Assembly (NCBI GenBank): GCA_046073845.1 | Contig: JBJTNB010000136.1 | Span: forward strand, 1-51,207 | Length of the DNA stretch: 51,207 nt | Origin: Micrococcales bacterium | Lineage (GTDB): Bacteria; Actinomycetota; Actinomycetes; Actinomycetales; Microbacteriaceae | Direction of reading: 5' to 3' | Shown: positions 25,101 to 40,100 of the stretch, one piece after another | How the letters are laid out: the number at the start of each line of letters is the position of its first letter | How positions within the stretch are numbered: the first letter of the stretch is position 1 | Program-made: the position numbers and the translations under genes | Notes under the pieces: model-generated | Databases searched by the model: none | Seen by the model: only the letters and a program-made list of their open reading frames with translations | What the model was told of the DNA's origin: nothing

Positions 25101-28100
25101 GGCCAGATCGTGCTTGGCGGTGGCGCTGATGCAAACACTGACGGCATTCCAGACGGTTCTGCTTATGCGGCCGACGCAACCGTAAGTGACTGCGGTATCG
25201 AATCTGGCCGAGGTGGCTCTAACACTTCTATCACCGGTTACTACTCTGGTGGCGGAAACATCTCTATCAAGGGTGCGTCGGGCGGTACTGCCGGTGATGG
25301 CATGTGCTTCGACTATGGCACCACGATGTATGCCAACGCTGGAACCATCAACGTAACGGGTGCATCTACTAACGGTCTTGGCCTTCAGCTTTCACGTAAC
25401 CCAGCGGGCACTGCAACCTCGAATTTCTACTCCAGCAGCACCAGCACTCCAGCAATCACCATGACCGGTACGAGCACCACCTCCTGGGGTTTCTTGAGCG
25501 CCTTCGCTCGAAGCACTGCCAATGCTGTGTATTTGCAGTCGACTGCAACCACCGGTGGTGGCATCACACTTAATGGAACCGGCGCAGCCGCGACCTACGC
25601 AAACCAGACCGGTTATGGCGACATTAACTTCAATAGCACCAACTTGCTTTCAGCCGCTGGCCCTATTGTTCTGAATTCAAATGCAACCAACGTCAACTAT
25701 GGCGGCATCACTGTTGGCGGTAACAGAAACGATAGCGCGGCCAATGCGTCTTACTCGAACTCGAACATTGGTTCGTGTGCTGTCGGTACTTGTGGTGCAT
25801 CGCAGGTGACTAGCTCTACAGCAAACTTCACCGCAAACACCGACATCTGGTATGGCCTAATTAACACGACTACTGCAGGCACGCCTTCGGTTTTCAACAC
25901 CAGCGGATCGGTCTCGTTTATTCCGAAGGCGACCACCGGTTTTAAGTTCTTCGTCACTGCGTCAATGCAGATGAACGCAACCGTTGGCGCTCTCACTATC
26001 GGTAAGTCGCAAACTACCGACACCTTTAACATCACTCTCGACTCGGCTTGGAACATTGCTGGGCCACTTCGCGTTTATGCGAACCAGATCTCGGCAAACC
26101 AGAACCAGACCGTGACTGGCTCGGGTAACGAAATGCGCTTTAAGGCCAACTACTCGGTCATTGAAGCAAATAGCACCACCATGCAAACCAACGGCGGAAA
26201 CATTGTCTTCTGGGCGAACGCCGACAAGGTCTCGGGCACCGCTGGCAACGGTGGTTACATTCAACTTGGCAGCACTTCAACTCTGCGCAGTCAGGGCGGC
26301 GGCATTTACCTCGGCGGCGGTCTCGACGACGGCGGTACCGATTCTGGCATTCCAAATATGAACGGCTGGTCGTCTATGGCTAGCGGCGACGGCTTGCCTG
26401 ACGGCTACGCCAACGGCGCCAACATAGCTAGCGGCGACCCGGGTATCACGCTAAATGCTGGGTACCAGATTCTTTCGGCCGGCGGCGATGTCTTCTTGGC
26501 TGGCCAGGATGCAACCACCAACCCGAATGGCGCCAACACTGCCCAGTCAGGTGAAATCGTTTCGTATTCGGGCTTGATCGACTCGGGCACCGGTCGCATT
26601 GGCGCCTGGGGTAAGGCTTCTTCGACTTCGACCGGAGTTTGGTACTACGGCATCTTCTTGCATGGCGGCACGGGTTACAACAATGGAACCCTAGGCGCAC
26701 TTCAAGACACCGGCACCACCTGGACCTCGGCAAACACCACAGGCAAGGCAATCACGATCTATGGTGACTCGAGCGCCAACACAAGCCTCTATGCACTCGG
26801 CGTAACTGCCGGCGGTTATTCGACATTAGGCGCACAGTGGGGTTACAACTCGACGCACTTGATTGCCACCGGTGCAAAGGTAAACGGCGATGCGAACAAC
26901 CCTGGTGGCGGCATCAGCGTTACCGGAATTTCGGGTAACAACAGCAGCTCGCAAGGTGAAGGCATTCGCTGGCAGTGGGCAGATGCCCTAGCTAAAGATG
27001 GCCCGATCAGTTTCTCGGGATACTCATCTGATGCGGCCGGCCAGTACCAATCTGCGGGAATCAACTTCGGCGAAAACAACGCAGTTTCGAACACCCGCTT
27101 TGGCGCCATGTCGACAATCAATGACTCGACGGCGAAAACCTATACCAACGCAGCTGGAGCGGTCACCGACTTCGCCACAAGTTCTTCGAACATAACGATT
27201 ACTGGCACGAAGTTTGAATTCTTTGAATTCGGTAGTGCCGCGGTTAACTCAGGTAACTACTTCAACACCAGTGGAAATATCACGCTTCAGTCATGGGGCA
27301 CGACGTTCTCATCGTCGCAGAACCCTACGCACTGGCAGTTTAATCGCATCAACATTCTGGGCACGCCAAAGAATGTGACCATCGGTAAATCGACAGACAC
27401 CTCTTATTACAACTGGAATACCAACATTTCAGCTTCGGGAGCAATTCAATTCACCGGCAGCACGATCTGGTTTAACACAAACCTAAACCTGACGACAACA
27501 TTGGCATCTTCTGGCAATGCGAGCACGCCGAACATTGGTTTCGCGCTTCGCACTACCGACAAGCAACAGTTCGCCACCGGCACCAGTGTTCAAACCAGCG
27601 GTGCCGACATTGTCATGTGGTCTGACTATGACAACAACGGCGCCGGCGCTCAGTATTACGATGCCTCCAACGGGTTTAGGTCGCAGGGTGGAAACATCGT
27701 CTTCGGTGGCGGCCCAGATGACGGCGGCACCGCGAACCCTGAAATCACTGGGCACGTAGCGGGCGACAACGAGCCAGATGGCTATGCGGCTGGATACTCA
27801 GGCTGGGGAGCTAACGCGGGTGTCGACCTGCTAAGCCAGTACCAGATCATCTCTGCAGGCGGAAACATCTCTATCGCAGGTCGCGGTTCGTCAACAACCG
27901 GTGATTCCGACTACGGAGTGCTTCTTCGCGGTGGCTTGATTTATTCTGCCGCCGGCAAGATTGCGATTTACGGAAAGTCACCTACCACCTGCGACGGGGC
28001 CAGCGTTTGGCACCGCGGAATTGGACTTGGCTGGCACGGCGATGACAGCTACTCAGACAACATCGTTTCGACGAGCAGCGCAACCGATGCAATTACTCTG

Positions 28101-31100
28101 TCAGGTGACATGGCCAACTGCAACGTTGGTTCGTACACATCGGCTATCGAGGATTACTACGCAGCCGGCACAAATATCGCCACTCCTAACGGAGGTGGCA
28201 TCAAACTTTACGGAACCCAGGGTTCAGCTGCGGGTAACACTAATACTTGGGGCTCGGCAACTAATCAAGAGTCCGACATCCTGGAGCTCAACTACGTGAA
28301 CCTGCTGTCGAACAGTGGGCCGATTACGGTGCAGGCTGTTTGGTCTGGAACTCACGGTAACCACGCGATTCGTTCGAACGCACGCGGCAGTGGCCAGACC
28401 ATTTATTATGGATCGTCAGCGGCAGCAATCGCGACTGGTTACACCGCATACTCGTCGATCAATATCACCTCGAGCACATCAGACTTAACCTTCACAGGTG
28501 ACTCGGTAGTGCTCTGGAGCGCCAACCTTAAGGCGAACGGAAACCTAACAATTCAGCCACAGTCGGCTAACTTCGACCGTGCGCAGAGTTTCGCTTCGGG
28601 TTGGGGCGTAACCGCCAGCTCAACATATAAGAACGTGCTCATCGGTAAGGCCGGCACTTCAGGCGCAACCCAGAACTCGGCGGTCTTCGATGTCGAAAAG
28701 ATCTCGGCAACCGGAGACATCGCGCTCTACGGTAGCTCGGTAACCCTCAAGGGCGGTCTGACCACATCTGAGGCGTCGGGTAACGGCATCCTGGTGAAGG
28801 CCACTCAAGACATCATTTCTAACGATGGAACCTCGGCCACTCACACGCCAATTACCATCACCGGCGCAGCTAGCACCGCACCTATTTATCTGTTGTCGAA
28901 CTCGGATGCCTCGGGTACCGGAGCCATCAAGATCGGTAACTACACCGACATCACCTCGACCGGTGGCCCAATTTCACTTGGTGGTGCAACTGCAGCCACT
29001 GACACCACGCCAACCACCTATGCAAGCAACAACAGCTCGACCTATCCGTGTGGCGTCGAGCTGGGCACAAGTGCGTTGAACTCCACGAACATCACCATGA
29101 CCTCAAACGGCGGCGACATCACGGTTCGCGGTTCAAGCACCTTGAGCGGCGGTGCCTACATTGGCATTAAGCAATGGGGCGGGCTCACGGCAAACAGTGG
29201 CACCGGTGCGATCACATTCTCGGGCTACGAAAATGGCGCATCAAGCGGCTCAGCCCACGCCATGGAGTTCAACTACGGTTCAACATCGACAAGCTCAATT
29301 ACTTCGGGGAAGACCTCGGGTACCGCCATCAACCTGACAGGTACCGTCGGTGCAGGCTCGAGTTCGACCAATGCCCGCGGAGTCGTGTTCTGGAGCGGAG
29401 CTACCAACATCAACGCGACCGGTGGTGGCAACGTCTCGATTACCGGTAGCGCAGCCTCGGGCACAACGTCGTCAATCACTCTAAATTCGGTTTCTATTGC
29501 CGCTGCCGGTGGCGCGATTAACCTAAACGGTGGTTCAAAGCAAATCACCGTTGGCGATAACGCGGTAGCTCAGACCAACACCTTTGGTGGTTCGGCTTCC
29601 AACTCGATGTCTGGCAACATCACCTTCCAGGCAGACAGCATTTCATTCCCGACTTACACCACGACTTTCCAAAACACTCCAGCCGTTTACCTGATCAGCA
29701 ACGCGAACTCGTTCTCGAGTGCGATCACGCTCGGCACCGGCATGGTCACCTCGAACATCGGTTACCTGCAGGTTGGTTCGAGCACCAACACTGCTGACGT
29801 CACAGTTAATGGTGCGAACTCGGTTGGCGGAAACATCGACATCACCGGTGGTGCCGTGAGCATCGGTGGCGCGCAGACCGCAACCGCTGGCGGAAACATC
29901 ACGGTTAAGGGCACGGGCGTGACGACGACTGCGGCGCTTTCGGCGGCAGGCGACATCCTGGTTGCTGCATCTGCCGGTAGCGACAGCATCGGTGGCAACG
30001 TGACCACCTCTGAAACTTCAGGTAACGGTGTGCAGATCAAGGCCAGCCAGGATGTATTCATCACCGGTGGTGCATCGGCAACCCGTCGCACAATCAGCGT
30101 GACTGGCGCATCAAGCACTGCACCTATCTATATCTGGTCAAACACCGATGCATCGGGCACCGGAGCTATCGCGGTCGACAACTACACCGACTTCACCTCG
30201 GTTGCGGGCCCAATCATCATGGGTGGTAGCGCAGCCTCGAGCGACACCACACCTACTACTTATGCAATTGGTTCGGCCACCTACGCCTCGGGAGTTCGAC
30301 TCGGCTCTGCTGCCACAGTGACCGACGAAGTCAAGGTCACATCGACCTCGGGTGCCGTAACCATTCGCGGTCAGGTCAACAACGTAATTGGTGCCGGCGT
30401 CTGGGTTTACGCCGGCGTGAACGTCAACGCGGGAACCGGTGCAGTGACAATCTCGGGTTACGGAACAGCTTCTTCGACAAGTGGCTCGCATGGCGTTTAT
30501 CTTCAAAACGCAGGCGCAAGCGGAATCAACTCGGCAATTACGTCAGCGGCAACCACGGGCACCGCAATTTCGATCACCGGATTCATCAACGGCGGCACCT
30601 CGACCAACTCGAATGGTGTCACTTCGTGGACAGCATCGGGCGGCTGCCTTGAAACCATTTCGGCAACTGGTGGCGGCGATATCGTCATTACTGGAACAGG
30701 CGCGGCCAGCACCACGGACTGGATCCAGATGAACTACACCAACATCTATGCTGCTGGTGGAAACATCACCCTTGACTCTGGCACTGGTAACGATGGCTTT
30801 AACGGAAACACCGGTGTTGCCACTGTCATCATTGGTGGAACTTCGTCGACGTCGCTTGCCGGAAACATCAGAATCACCGGTGACTCAACAAGCTGGGCCG
30901 CTGGTGGTTCGACCACGTTCCAAAACGCGGGCGGTTTGTATTTGCAACCAAAGTCGGCTTCGTTCTCGAGCGCCCAGACTTTCGGCAGCACCATCACTAT
31001 GACCAACCTCGGATATCTGGCTTACGGAAAACTCAATAACGCCGCGGCCATAACAACTTCGGTTGCACCTTCTATTAAGGGCAACATCGACATCTGGGGT

Positions 31101-34100
31101 GCGGCGGTAACCGTTTCTGGAAACCACACCACAACCAACTCGGGAAACATCACCGTCACCGGATCAGGTGCCTACACCGGAGCCGGAACCCTCACCGCTG
31201 CCGGAAACGTTTCTGTCACAGGAACCACCTTTGGTGGCACAGGCGCGATCACCGCGTCTGGAGCAACCGGTGTCACTATCGTGGCCAGCACTGGTGCTGC
31301 GACCATCGGCGCTAACCTGACTGCCAACACGGCGACCAATGCATCGGTGAACGTGACCGCCTCGGGTGCGATCACCGGCGCCGGAAACATCAGCGCGGTC
31401 TATTACGCCCAGTTCAGCGGCTATAGCTACGGCATCACCGGTACCGTGACGACCACCTCAGGCCCTGGCGGTATCTCAATTTTGGCTTCGGCCGGAGACG
31501 CGACCGTTGGCGGAAACCTGACAACACAGATCAGCGGAAGCGCGCCGATTCTCGTTCGCGCCAGCGCCAACGTGATCGTCTCTGCCTCGAAGATTCTGAG
31601 CACAAACGGTGGTGGGGTCGTGCTTTGGAGTCGCTATGCGGCGACCGAAGGTGGCTCAACGGCTGGTGCAATCACGATGAACAACTCATCGCAGATCACC
31701 ACGAACGGTGGCCAGATTCGTTTGGCTGGCAGCGCCCAGACCGACGGCAGCGGACTACCAAATGGTCACGCCTACACCGCAACTGCAGCTGCTGGAGCGG
31801 TTGCATTGGGAACCAGCGCCACTGCAGTCGATACGAACGTCATTTTGAATTCGAGCGGTGGCAACATAGCCATCTATGGCCAGCAAGTAGGTGCAGCAAA
31901 CGCTTCATGGGGAATCATCATCTGGGGTGGCACAACTATCAACTCAGGCACGGGCACCATCACCATGGATGGCATGTCGAACAGTGCCACTGGCAACGGT
32001 ATCGATATCGAGAACACAACCCTGGTAAAGATTCTTTCGGCCGCAACTTCTGGCACCGCGATTTCAATCAACGGCACTTCAACAGGCACACCGTCAGCAG
32101 GTGGTGCACGTGCAATCGGCGAGTGGGGCAGCCTGCTAACCATTAATGCGAGCGGTGGTGGTGCTCTCTCCATCACAGGAAGTCAAACAAACGCCAACGC
32201 CACGAACCCTGGCGCGATTTCCCTTGCTGGCGGAGACATATTGTCTGCAAGTGGTGCTCTAACTATTAATGGTGGCGCCAAGGGTGTAGCTCTTGTGGCT
32301 AACACGGTAAACCTTGGCGGAAACTCCACCAACGCATCGAGCGCAAACATCACGGTCACGGGTGATGTTCAGACTCTGACCGCCACAATCAACGTGAAGA
32401 CCACAGGCAATATCGTGTTCGAATCGAGCGGCACGGCCTTCACCAGTTCATTTAGCAGCTCGAGCCTCAGCATCACAGCGGGAGCCGCATCGCTCGGAAT
32501 TGGTAAGTCGACTAACAATCAACCGGTCACTGTCTCGGCCGGAACGATTTCGGTAGCTGGCCCAGTAACCGTCTACGGCTCTTCAATCACCCAAGCGGCA
32601 ACCATCAGCACTACCAACTCTGGCGACATAACCATGGTTGGCACCGGAGCATACTCAGGCGCAGGCACACTGAATGCCTCTAATGGTGTGGCAATCACTG
32701 CATCGACTTTCTCGGGTACAGGCGCACTGACTTCGGCGGGCATGAACGGTGTCTCTGTTACCACCACTGGTGGTGATCTAACGGTTGCTGCGGCGATTAA
32801 CGTAAATACAACCGTGACTGCACCGCTTCAGCTCAAGTCTTCAGCTTCGGTAATCGTGAATGCCAGCCAGGCTTTGACCACCGCGGGTGGCCCTGCGATT
32901 TTCTGGTCTCGTTCAAACGTTGCGACTTACAACGACACGACAACCATCGGTTTCGTGACCTTCAACAACGGTTCATCGGTGGCTACCAACGGCGGAAAGA
33001 TCATCGTTGCGGGAACCAGCGTTGTAGACACCAATGGCTATCCGAGGGGTTACACCTTCGCTAACGCCGCAGGAAATGGCCCCGCCTCTGGCGTTGCATT
33101 TGGAACTACCACTGGCACCCCGGTTTCGCTCAATTCGAGCGTTGCTTCTGGCGGCGGCGACATCCGTGTTTATGGTTCTGCAGGTTCAAGCGGTGGTTGG
33201 GGAATCCTCTCGAACTCGAGCGCGAGTAACCCGACAACTATTAGCTCAGGCAACGGTCGTATCGACATTTTGGCTCAGGGGTACGGTTCAGACAACGCAT
33301 TCGAAGGCTGGGATGGCGGCCTTACCGTCACTTCAAATGCACCAGCCGATGCAGTTAACAATGTTGCAGCTGTGAAATTCGTGGCTTACGTGACTAACAG
33401 CGCGAGTTCGATGAACCCGATTCAAACCAGCGCCGGTAACTACAAGTTCATTGCAACCGGTGGCGGCGACATTGATTTCACCGCTACGTCGGCAAACTCG
33501 GCCGTCTATGCGTTTGATTTGACTAAAAACTTCCAGTGGTTGGCTTCGAGCGGTCAGATTCGAATCAACACCGGAGTAAACGGCATGAACATGGCGTCTG
33601 GCAGCGTGGCGGCCAACAACAACGCAATCGGTGCGCTTGCCGGCTCGGCTGTGACAAGTTCATCGGCCAGCGTGGTCGTTACCGGTGACCGATTCGCGAA
33701 CGGTTTGACTTCGGCGATGAACGTCAAGACTTCTGGCACCGTTGCGATCCAGCCAAGTTCGCAGTCGTTTAGCTCGGCCCAGACTTTCGACGGCACCTGG
33801 TCACTGGTTGGAATTACTGGAACCAACGGCGGCTACATTGGCGGGTTGACTCTTGGTAAGCCTGGAACCGGTGGCTCGACCCAGAACTCTGCAGACATCA
33901 CCGTGAGCAACGCGGTGAACGCAGCCGGACCAATCAACGTTTACGCCGGAAATGCCTACATCAATGCGAACTTGAACTCGACGGTCAGCACCGGCGGACT
34001 CACGGTCAAGGCAACGGCCGACATCGTGACGATTGCCGGCACTTCGGCAACCCCGATTGCCCTGACCACCACGAATGCCGCTATGACCTTCTGGTCAGAC

Positions 34101-37100
34101 GCCGATAACAACAAGACAGGCCGCATTGGCATCGGTAACTTCAATAACCTCACCACCGGTGGCGGTGCCCTGACTTTGGCCGGTGGCCTCGACGATGGCT
34201 CGTCGTCGATTGAAGCCGGTCGCACAGCTGCCGATGGGCAACCTGATGGTTTCGCCTGGGCAAATGGAACGACAACATACGACACCACTATCCGTGGCGT
34301 CACGCTCGGTGTAGTCGACACGATTACTACCGGTGGCGGAAATGTGTTTATTGCTGGTCACAGCAAGGATGCCGCCAACCTGGCTGGCGGGCACGGTGTC
34401 ACTGTTTATGCGGGTGCGAGCATCAACTCCGGAACCGGAAAGATTCACATGTATGGTGTGAACAACGCGACCGGCGGCGCCTTCAATAGTGGTCTCGAAC
34501 TTCAAGGTGTTTACACATCAGACCAGACCAAGAACGTCAAGATCATCAGCTCGAACGCCGCAATCGACGCGATTGTTATTTCTGGCGACGCGTCGGCATC
34601 TGCCGGTCAGCCATCTTCGGGTATCTCGATGATCTCTTGGTTCAACCTCACCGGTGGCGGCCCTCGCAACGTGATTGCCAACACTTCAAGTGGTGGCATC
34701 ACGCTGACCGGTCGTTCTGGCGGCACGCCAAACTCCGTGGCCTCTGACCTCATCGGTGACGGAATTGAAATCAACGGTGCAGCGATTTTGGCGAAGAGCG
34801 GCAAGATCACTCTTAACGGCGACACAGCCGCGGCGACCAACACGACGGTGCCTGCTTACGGTGTCTCGTTCAATCACACCACTTATACGAGTGCTGGTGT
34901 GACCTATGCAAATGCGAGCTACGTGGGCAGCCAGCCTTCGACGACCATCAACGCCGTCGACATGTCTACGACCAGCGGCAACATCGAAATCAATGCCGAC
35001 TCGGTTTTGGTAAATAACGCAACCTACGCTTCTACTTTCAGCACCAGTGGCACCCTGACCGTTCAGCCGGCTAGCAACGCGATTGCCATGCAGTCATTCG
35101 ACCGTGCCATCGACCTAACTGGAATGACGGTTGGTGCTTCGGTGACTGGTTTGACCGTTGGCCAGTCGGGCACCGGTGGCGTAGTCTCTGCCTCCACTCA
35201 AAACAACGTCGACATCACCATGCCTGCCGCGGGAATTGCCGGGTTCATTTCGGCCTATGGCAAGAACATCACCGTTTCTGCCGATCTGACCACCACGGCC
35301 GCAAGCGCCTTGCTGCTAAAGGCCACCGGCGACGTTATGGTTTCAGGCGGAACCTCGGGAACCGCTCGCAGGGTGCAGACAAGTGGCGGCGCAATAACCT
35401 TCTGGGCTGATGCCGATAACTCAGGTGCCGGTGCAATTAACGTTTCCGACTACAGCTCGATTAACTCAGAAGGTGGCGCAACCGCGCTAACCACAGCCGG
35501 CGGTCAGATCACTCTGGCCGGTGGTGCAGACACCAACTCGGATGGGGTTCCAGACGGATACGCCACCGGTAACGCGACCGGCAACGTGAATGGTGTCATT
35601 CTCGGAACCATCGGAATGGTTACCGGCTCGATTAACGTTTACTCGGGCACCAGCGGTATCGCCATCCGTGGAAAATCGGCATACGGTCGCGGAACCTATA
35701 TCACTCCAAGCTCGAATCTTCAGGCCGGCGGCGCTGTTTGGCTCGAGGGTCAGGGTACCGGTACCGGTGGTCCTTACTGGCACGCGCTCGCGATTTTTGA
35801 CGCGGGAGGCGTAACTGGTTCTGGTTCGATTGTCTCGGCAAAGGCGAACGGCACAGCCATTACTTTGATCGGTAACAACACCAATGGCACTTCAGGTCAG
35901 AGTCCATACGGTGTAGTTATCAACCCGAACGGTGGCGCGAGTTACATTGCCATGATCAAGGCCACGGGTGGCGGCGACATCAGCATCAGCGGCACAAGTG
36001 CGAGTGCAGCTGGCGTCAATGGCGTTTTCATCGGAAGCACAGACCTGCTTGCCGCGAACGGCAACATTTCGATTGACGGTGGCGCAACCGGAACCAACAT
36101 TGCAGCCAGTACATCGATCGGATACAAGACCGGTGGTGCAATCACCGCAGACACGGGCAACATAACTTTCACCGGCGACTCTTTCTTGAGCACTGCCACC
36201 AGCCCAATCAAGACTTCAGGCGTGGTCACGTTTAAGCCGACCACAAACACCAACACCATTAACGTGAGCGCATCGGGCAGCGACTCGGCCGGCGTGCTAG
36301 ATCTGAACTCAACTGACCTCGGCTACATCACTGCAGGCACCCTGCGCCTTGGCGCCTCGGGCGGTTCAAACAGCGGAAACATCACCGTTGCCACAGCCCT
36401 TTCGCCAAGCACCTACTCGACCCTGGCTCTGCGCACCAGCGGTGCAGTCAGCGCATCGGGTGCGATTACGGTGACAAACCTAGGTGTAGCTGCTGGTGGC
36501 AACATCACCCTGAACGCGCAGAACAACACCACAACTTTGGCTCTGACCAGCTCGGCAGCGACTCCAACCGTCACCTACACCGAGGCCACCGGTGGCACCT
36601 ACACCCCAGGCACTGTCGACTCGATTTCTGCGATGTTCGGTGTTGCCTCGCAGTACGCGGTCACCAACCAGCCAACAACCGGCTACATGAACACTGTGTT
36701 CAATCCGGCTCCTGTTGTCACGGTCAAGGATGCATACGGCGTCACGATCAGCGCACAGAACACGGTAACCAACACAGTTGCGGCAACAACTAGTTCTGCT
36801 GGATTCACTCTTGGAGGCACTACATCGATTACTCAGGTCGGTGGCGTATTCACGTTTAGCGCCTTGAAGGTCACCGCCGGAACCGGAAGCCTCGTAGTTA
36901 ATTTCAACGTTGCCTCAATTGCATCGCAGACTTCGGTTAACTCTGCAACTATCACAGTTCAGGCGGGCGACCCAGATCACCTAACCGTCACGCAAAACGC
37001 AGCAGGTGGTAAAGCCGGCGTAGCTTTCACAACTCAGCCTTGGGTAGAAATTCGCTCACTTGGCGACACCGTAGTTACTGCCAACGGAACCACGCTCGAT

Positions 37101-40100
37101 GTGACCGCGTCGCTTACCGGCGGAACTGGAACCTTGCTCGGTACTACCACTGTCGCTGCCGTTGCAGGTGTTGCTAAGTTCACCAACCTTGCCATCGGTG
37201 GTTTGACTTCGGGTAGCTACACGATCACCTTCACTGCTACATACAGCACCAACCCAGCGATGACTGTCGCCCAGTCTGCAATCACAATTGGTTATGGCAC
37301 GGCGGATCACCTGACGTTGACCACTTCGGCTGCCGGATTTGCATCGCGCGCGAACTTCACTACACAACCAGTTGTCACCGTTGTAGATTCATACGGCAAC
37401 ACGGTGGCTAATTACGCGACCGCTGTGACCGTGGCAATCACTGGTGGTTCGACCCTGACTGGCACCGCATCGGCAACCCCAAGCTCGGGTGTCGCTACCT
37501 TCTCGGGACTCGGTTCATACGGTTCGGTTGCAAACACCAACACGCTCACCTACTCGTCTGGTGCGCTGACCACGGCTACTCAAACCTTCTCGAACACCCC
37601 GGGTGCCGCCTACCAATTGGCCAAGACGACCCTTGCCGCTGGCGCAACTAACGGCAGCGCATTCTCGACTCAGCCGGTCATCACCATCCAAGACCAGGAT
37701 GGCAACACCGTGACTTCGGGTTCTCAGTCGACTCAGAACGTCGTGATTTCAACCAGCGTGGGCACCCTTGGTGGCACTGTGACCAAGGCAGCGGTTGCTG
37801 GTGTTGCTACCTTCACCGATGTCAGCCTGACCGGTAACGCAGGTGCGGTCACTTTGACCTACACAATTACTTCACCATCTAGCATCACGGCAACACAATC
37901 AATCACGATTGTGGCTGGTGCACCTACTCAGTTGATCGTCACCACGGCACCTCAAAACTGTCCATCTCGTGGAACATGTCTGACTCAGCCGGTCATTAAG
38001 ATTGCCGATGCATCTGGTAACGCAACCACTTCGACTGCAACCGTATCTGCAACGGTCAGTAGTGGAACCGGAACTGTTTGGGCTGGCGGCTCTGTTGCAG
38101 CAGTCGGAGGTACTGCAACCTTTACAGCATTCTCGATCCAAGGCACCGCGGCCAGTAACTGGGCGATTCAATTCGCAATTGCATCACCTTCACTTTCGGT
38201 AATAGCAAGCAACATCAACGTGACCACCGGCACCGTAACCAAGGTTCTTCTCACCACTCCGGCAGCTGGCTTTGTAAATGGAGTCGCCTTCACCACCCAG
38301 CCGGTAGCCAAAGTCACCGACGCCGACAACAACGTGCCGAACATGGGTGGCGGCGCAATGACCATCACGGTCGGCGCAGGTGTTGGTGGCGGAACTGCTG
38401 CACTTTCAGGAACCACTTCGAAGCCAGTCACTCAAGGCGTGGCTGACTTCGCTGGCGCTGGAGTTACCCTTACCGGAACCGCCGATACCTATACGCTCAC
38501 CTATTCATTCGGTGCCTATACCGTTGCAACTCAGACTGTGACATTAACTCCCGGTGCGGCAACCAAGGTCGTAGTGACCACCGGTGTTGCCGGCTTTGTG
38601 AACCGAACCAACTTCACCACCCAGCCTGTGGTCAAGATTCAGGACGCCTCCGGCAACACGGTTACCAGCTCGACAGCCACGGTCACGGTTTCGATCAGCT
38701 CGGGAACTCTGACCGGTACCACCTCGTTGGCCGCGGTTGCAGGTGTAGCCGACTGGACAACCGCAGGCACAGCACTAGGTAAGTACGGTCTGGTTGGTTC
38801 AAAGACCTTGACCTTCGCCTCGACCGGCCTGACCAGCGACGCCACCCAGGTCTTCCAACTGAGCTTCGGCGCTACCAACAAGCTGGCCATCACAACTGGC
38901 GTGGCCTCAGGCTCGGTCGTCAACGATGCCAACTTCGGTTCGCAGCCTGTCATCACGATCCAAGACATTGATGGCAATACCATTACCAGCGGCTCGGATG
39001 CCACTCAGAACGTGACCGTTGCGTTAACCGGTGGCGGCACGCTTTCGGGCACCGCAACCGTTGCGGCAGTCAGTGGTGTGGCCACCTTCAGTGGTCTGAA
39101 GTATGTGGGCACCAGCGGTTCTTCACGCACACTTACTTACTCGATCGCATCGCCTGCGGCTTCAGTACCTGAAACGATCACACCTACTTATGGTGCGGCA
39201 GATCACCTGGCCGTGACCACCCAGGCTGCTGGTGCAGTGAACGCAACTGCGTTTACCACGCAGCCGGCAATCACCATCCAGGATGTCTCGAACAACACCG
39301 TTGCAAACTCGAGCATGGTCATTACCGCGGCCGTCACCGGCTCGACTCTTGGCGGCACCGTGACCGCCACCGCTTCTACCGGTGTGGCAACGTTTAGCAA
39401 CCTGAAGCTCACCGGTGCAAGCGGAACCTACACCATTGTCTTCACCGGAACGGCTGTCACCCAGACTTCTCAGTCGATCTCTGTAACCGCAGGTGTTGCA
39501 ACTCAGCTGACTGTGACGGCTTCAAGCACTATGCCTAACGATCAGGTACTAACTGTTCAACCGGTTGTCACCATCAAGGATGCCTCGGGCAACGTTGTTG
39601 ACACCTCGAATGCAACCGTGACTTTGACAGCAACCGGTGCAACGATCGGCGGCACTGTTTCGATGGCTGCAGTGAACGGTGTTGCCGACTTCGCAGGTAA
39701 GGGTGTCAAGTTGACTGGCACCACTGGCGCCAAGACTTTGACCGCAACGATCACTTCGCCATCGACGATCACTGCGAACACGACTGTGACATTGACCTAC
39801 GGAACCGCAACCAAGTTGGCAGTTTCTGCTGCTACTGTTTCGGCAACCAACAGAGCGGTCTTCGCGTCGCAGCCAACCATCACGGTTCAAGACGTTTCTG
39901 GAAACACAGTTGCAAACGCGACCGACTCGATCACTGCCTCGGTCACTTCTGCAAACTCGGCCGATGTAACACTCGGCGGCACCGTAACCAACTCGGCCAC
40001 CGCCGGAAGCTTCGCCTACACGAACCTGAAACTCTCGGGTAAGGCCGCGACTTACACAATTACTTATGCTGCAACCGGTCTGAGCTCGGTTACCCAGACC

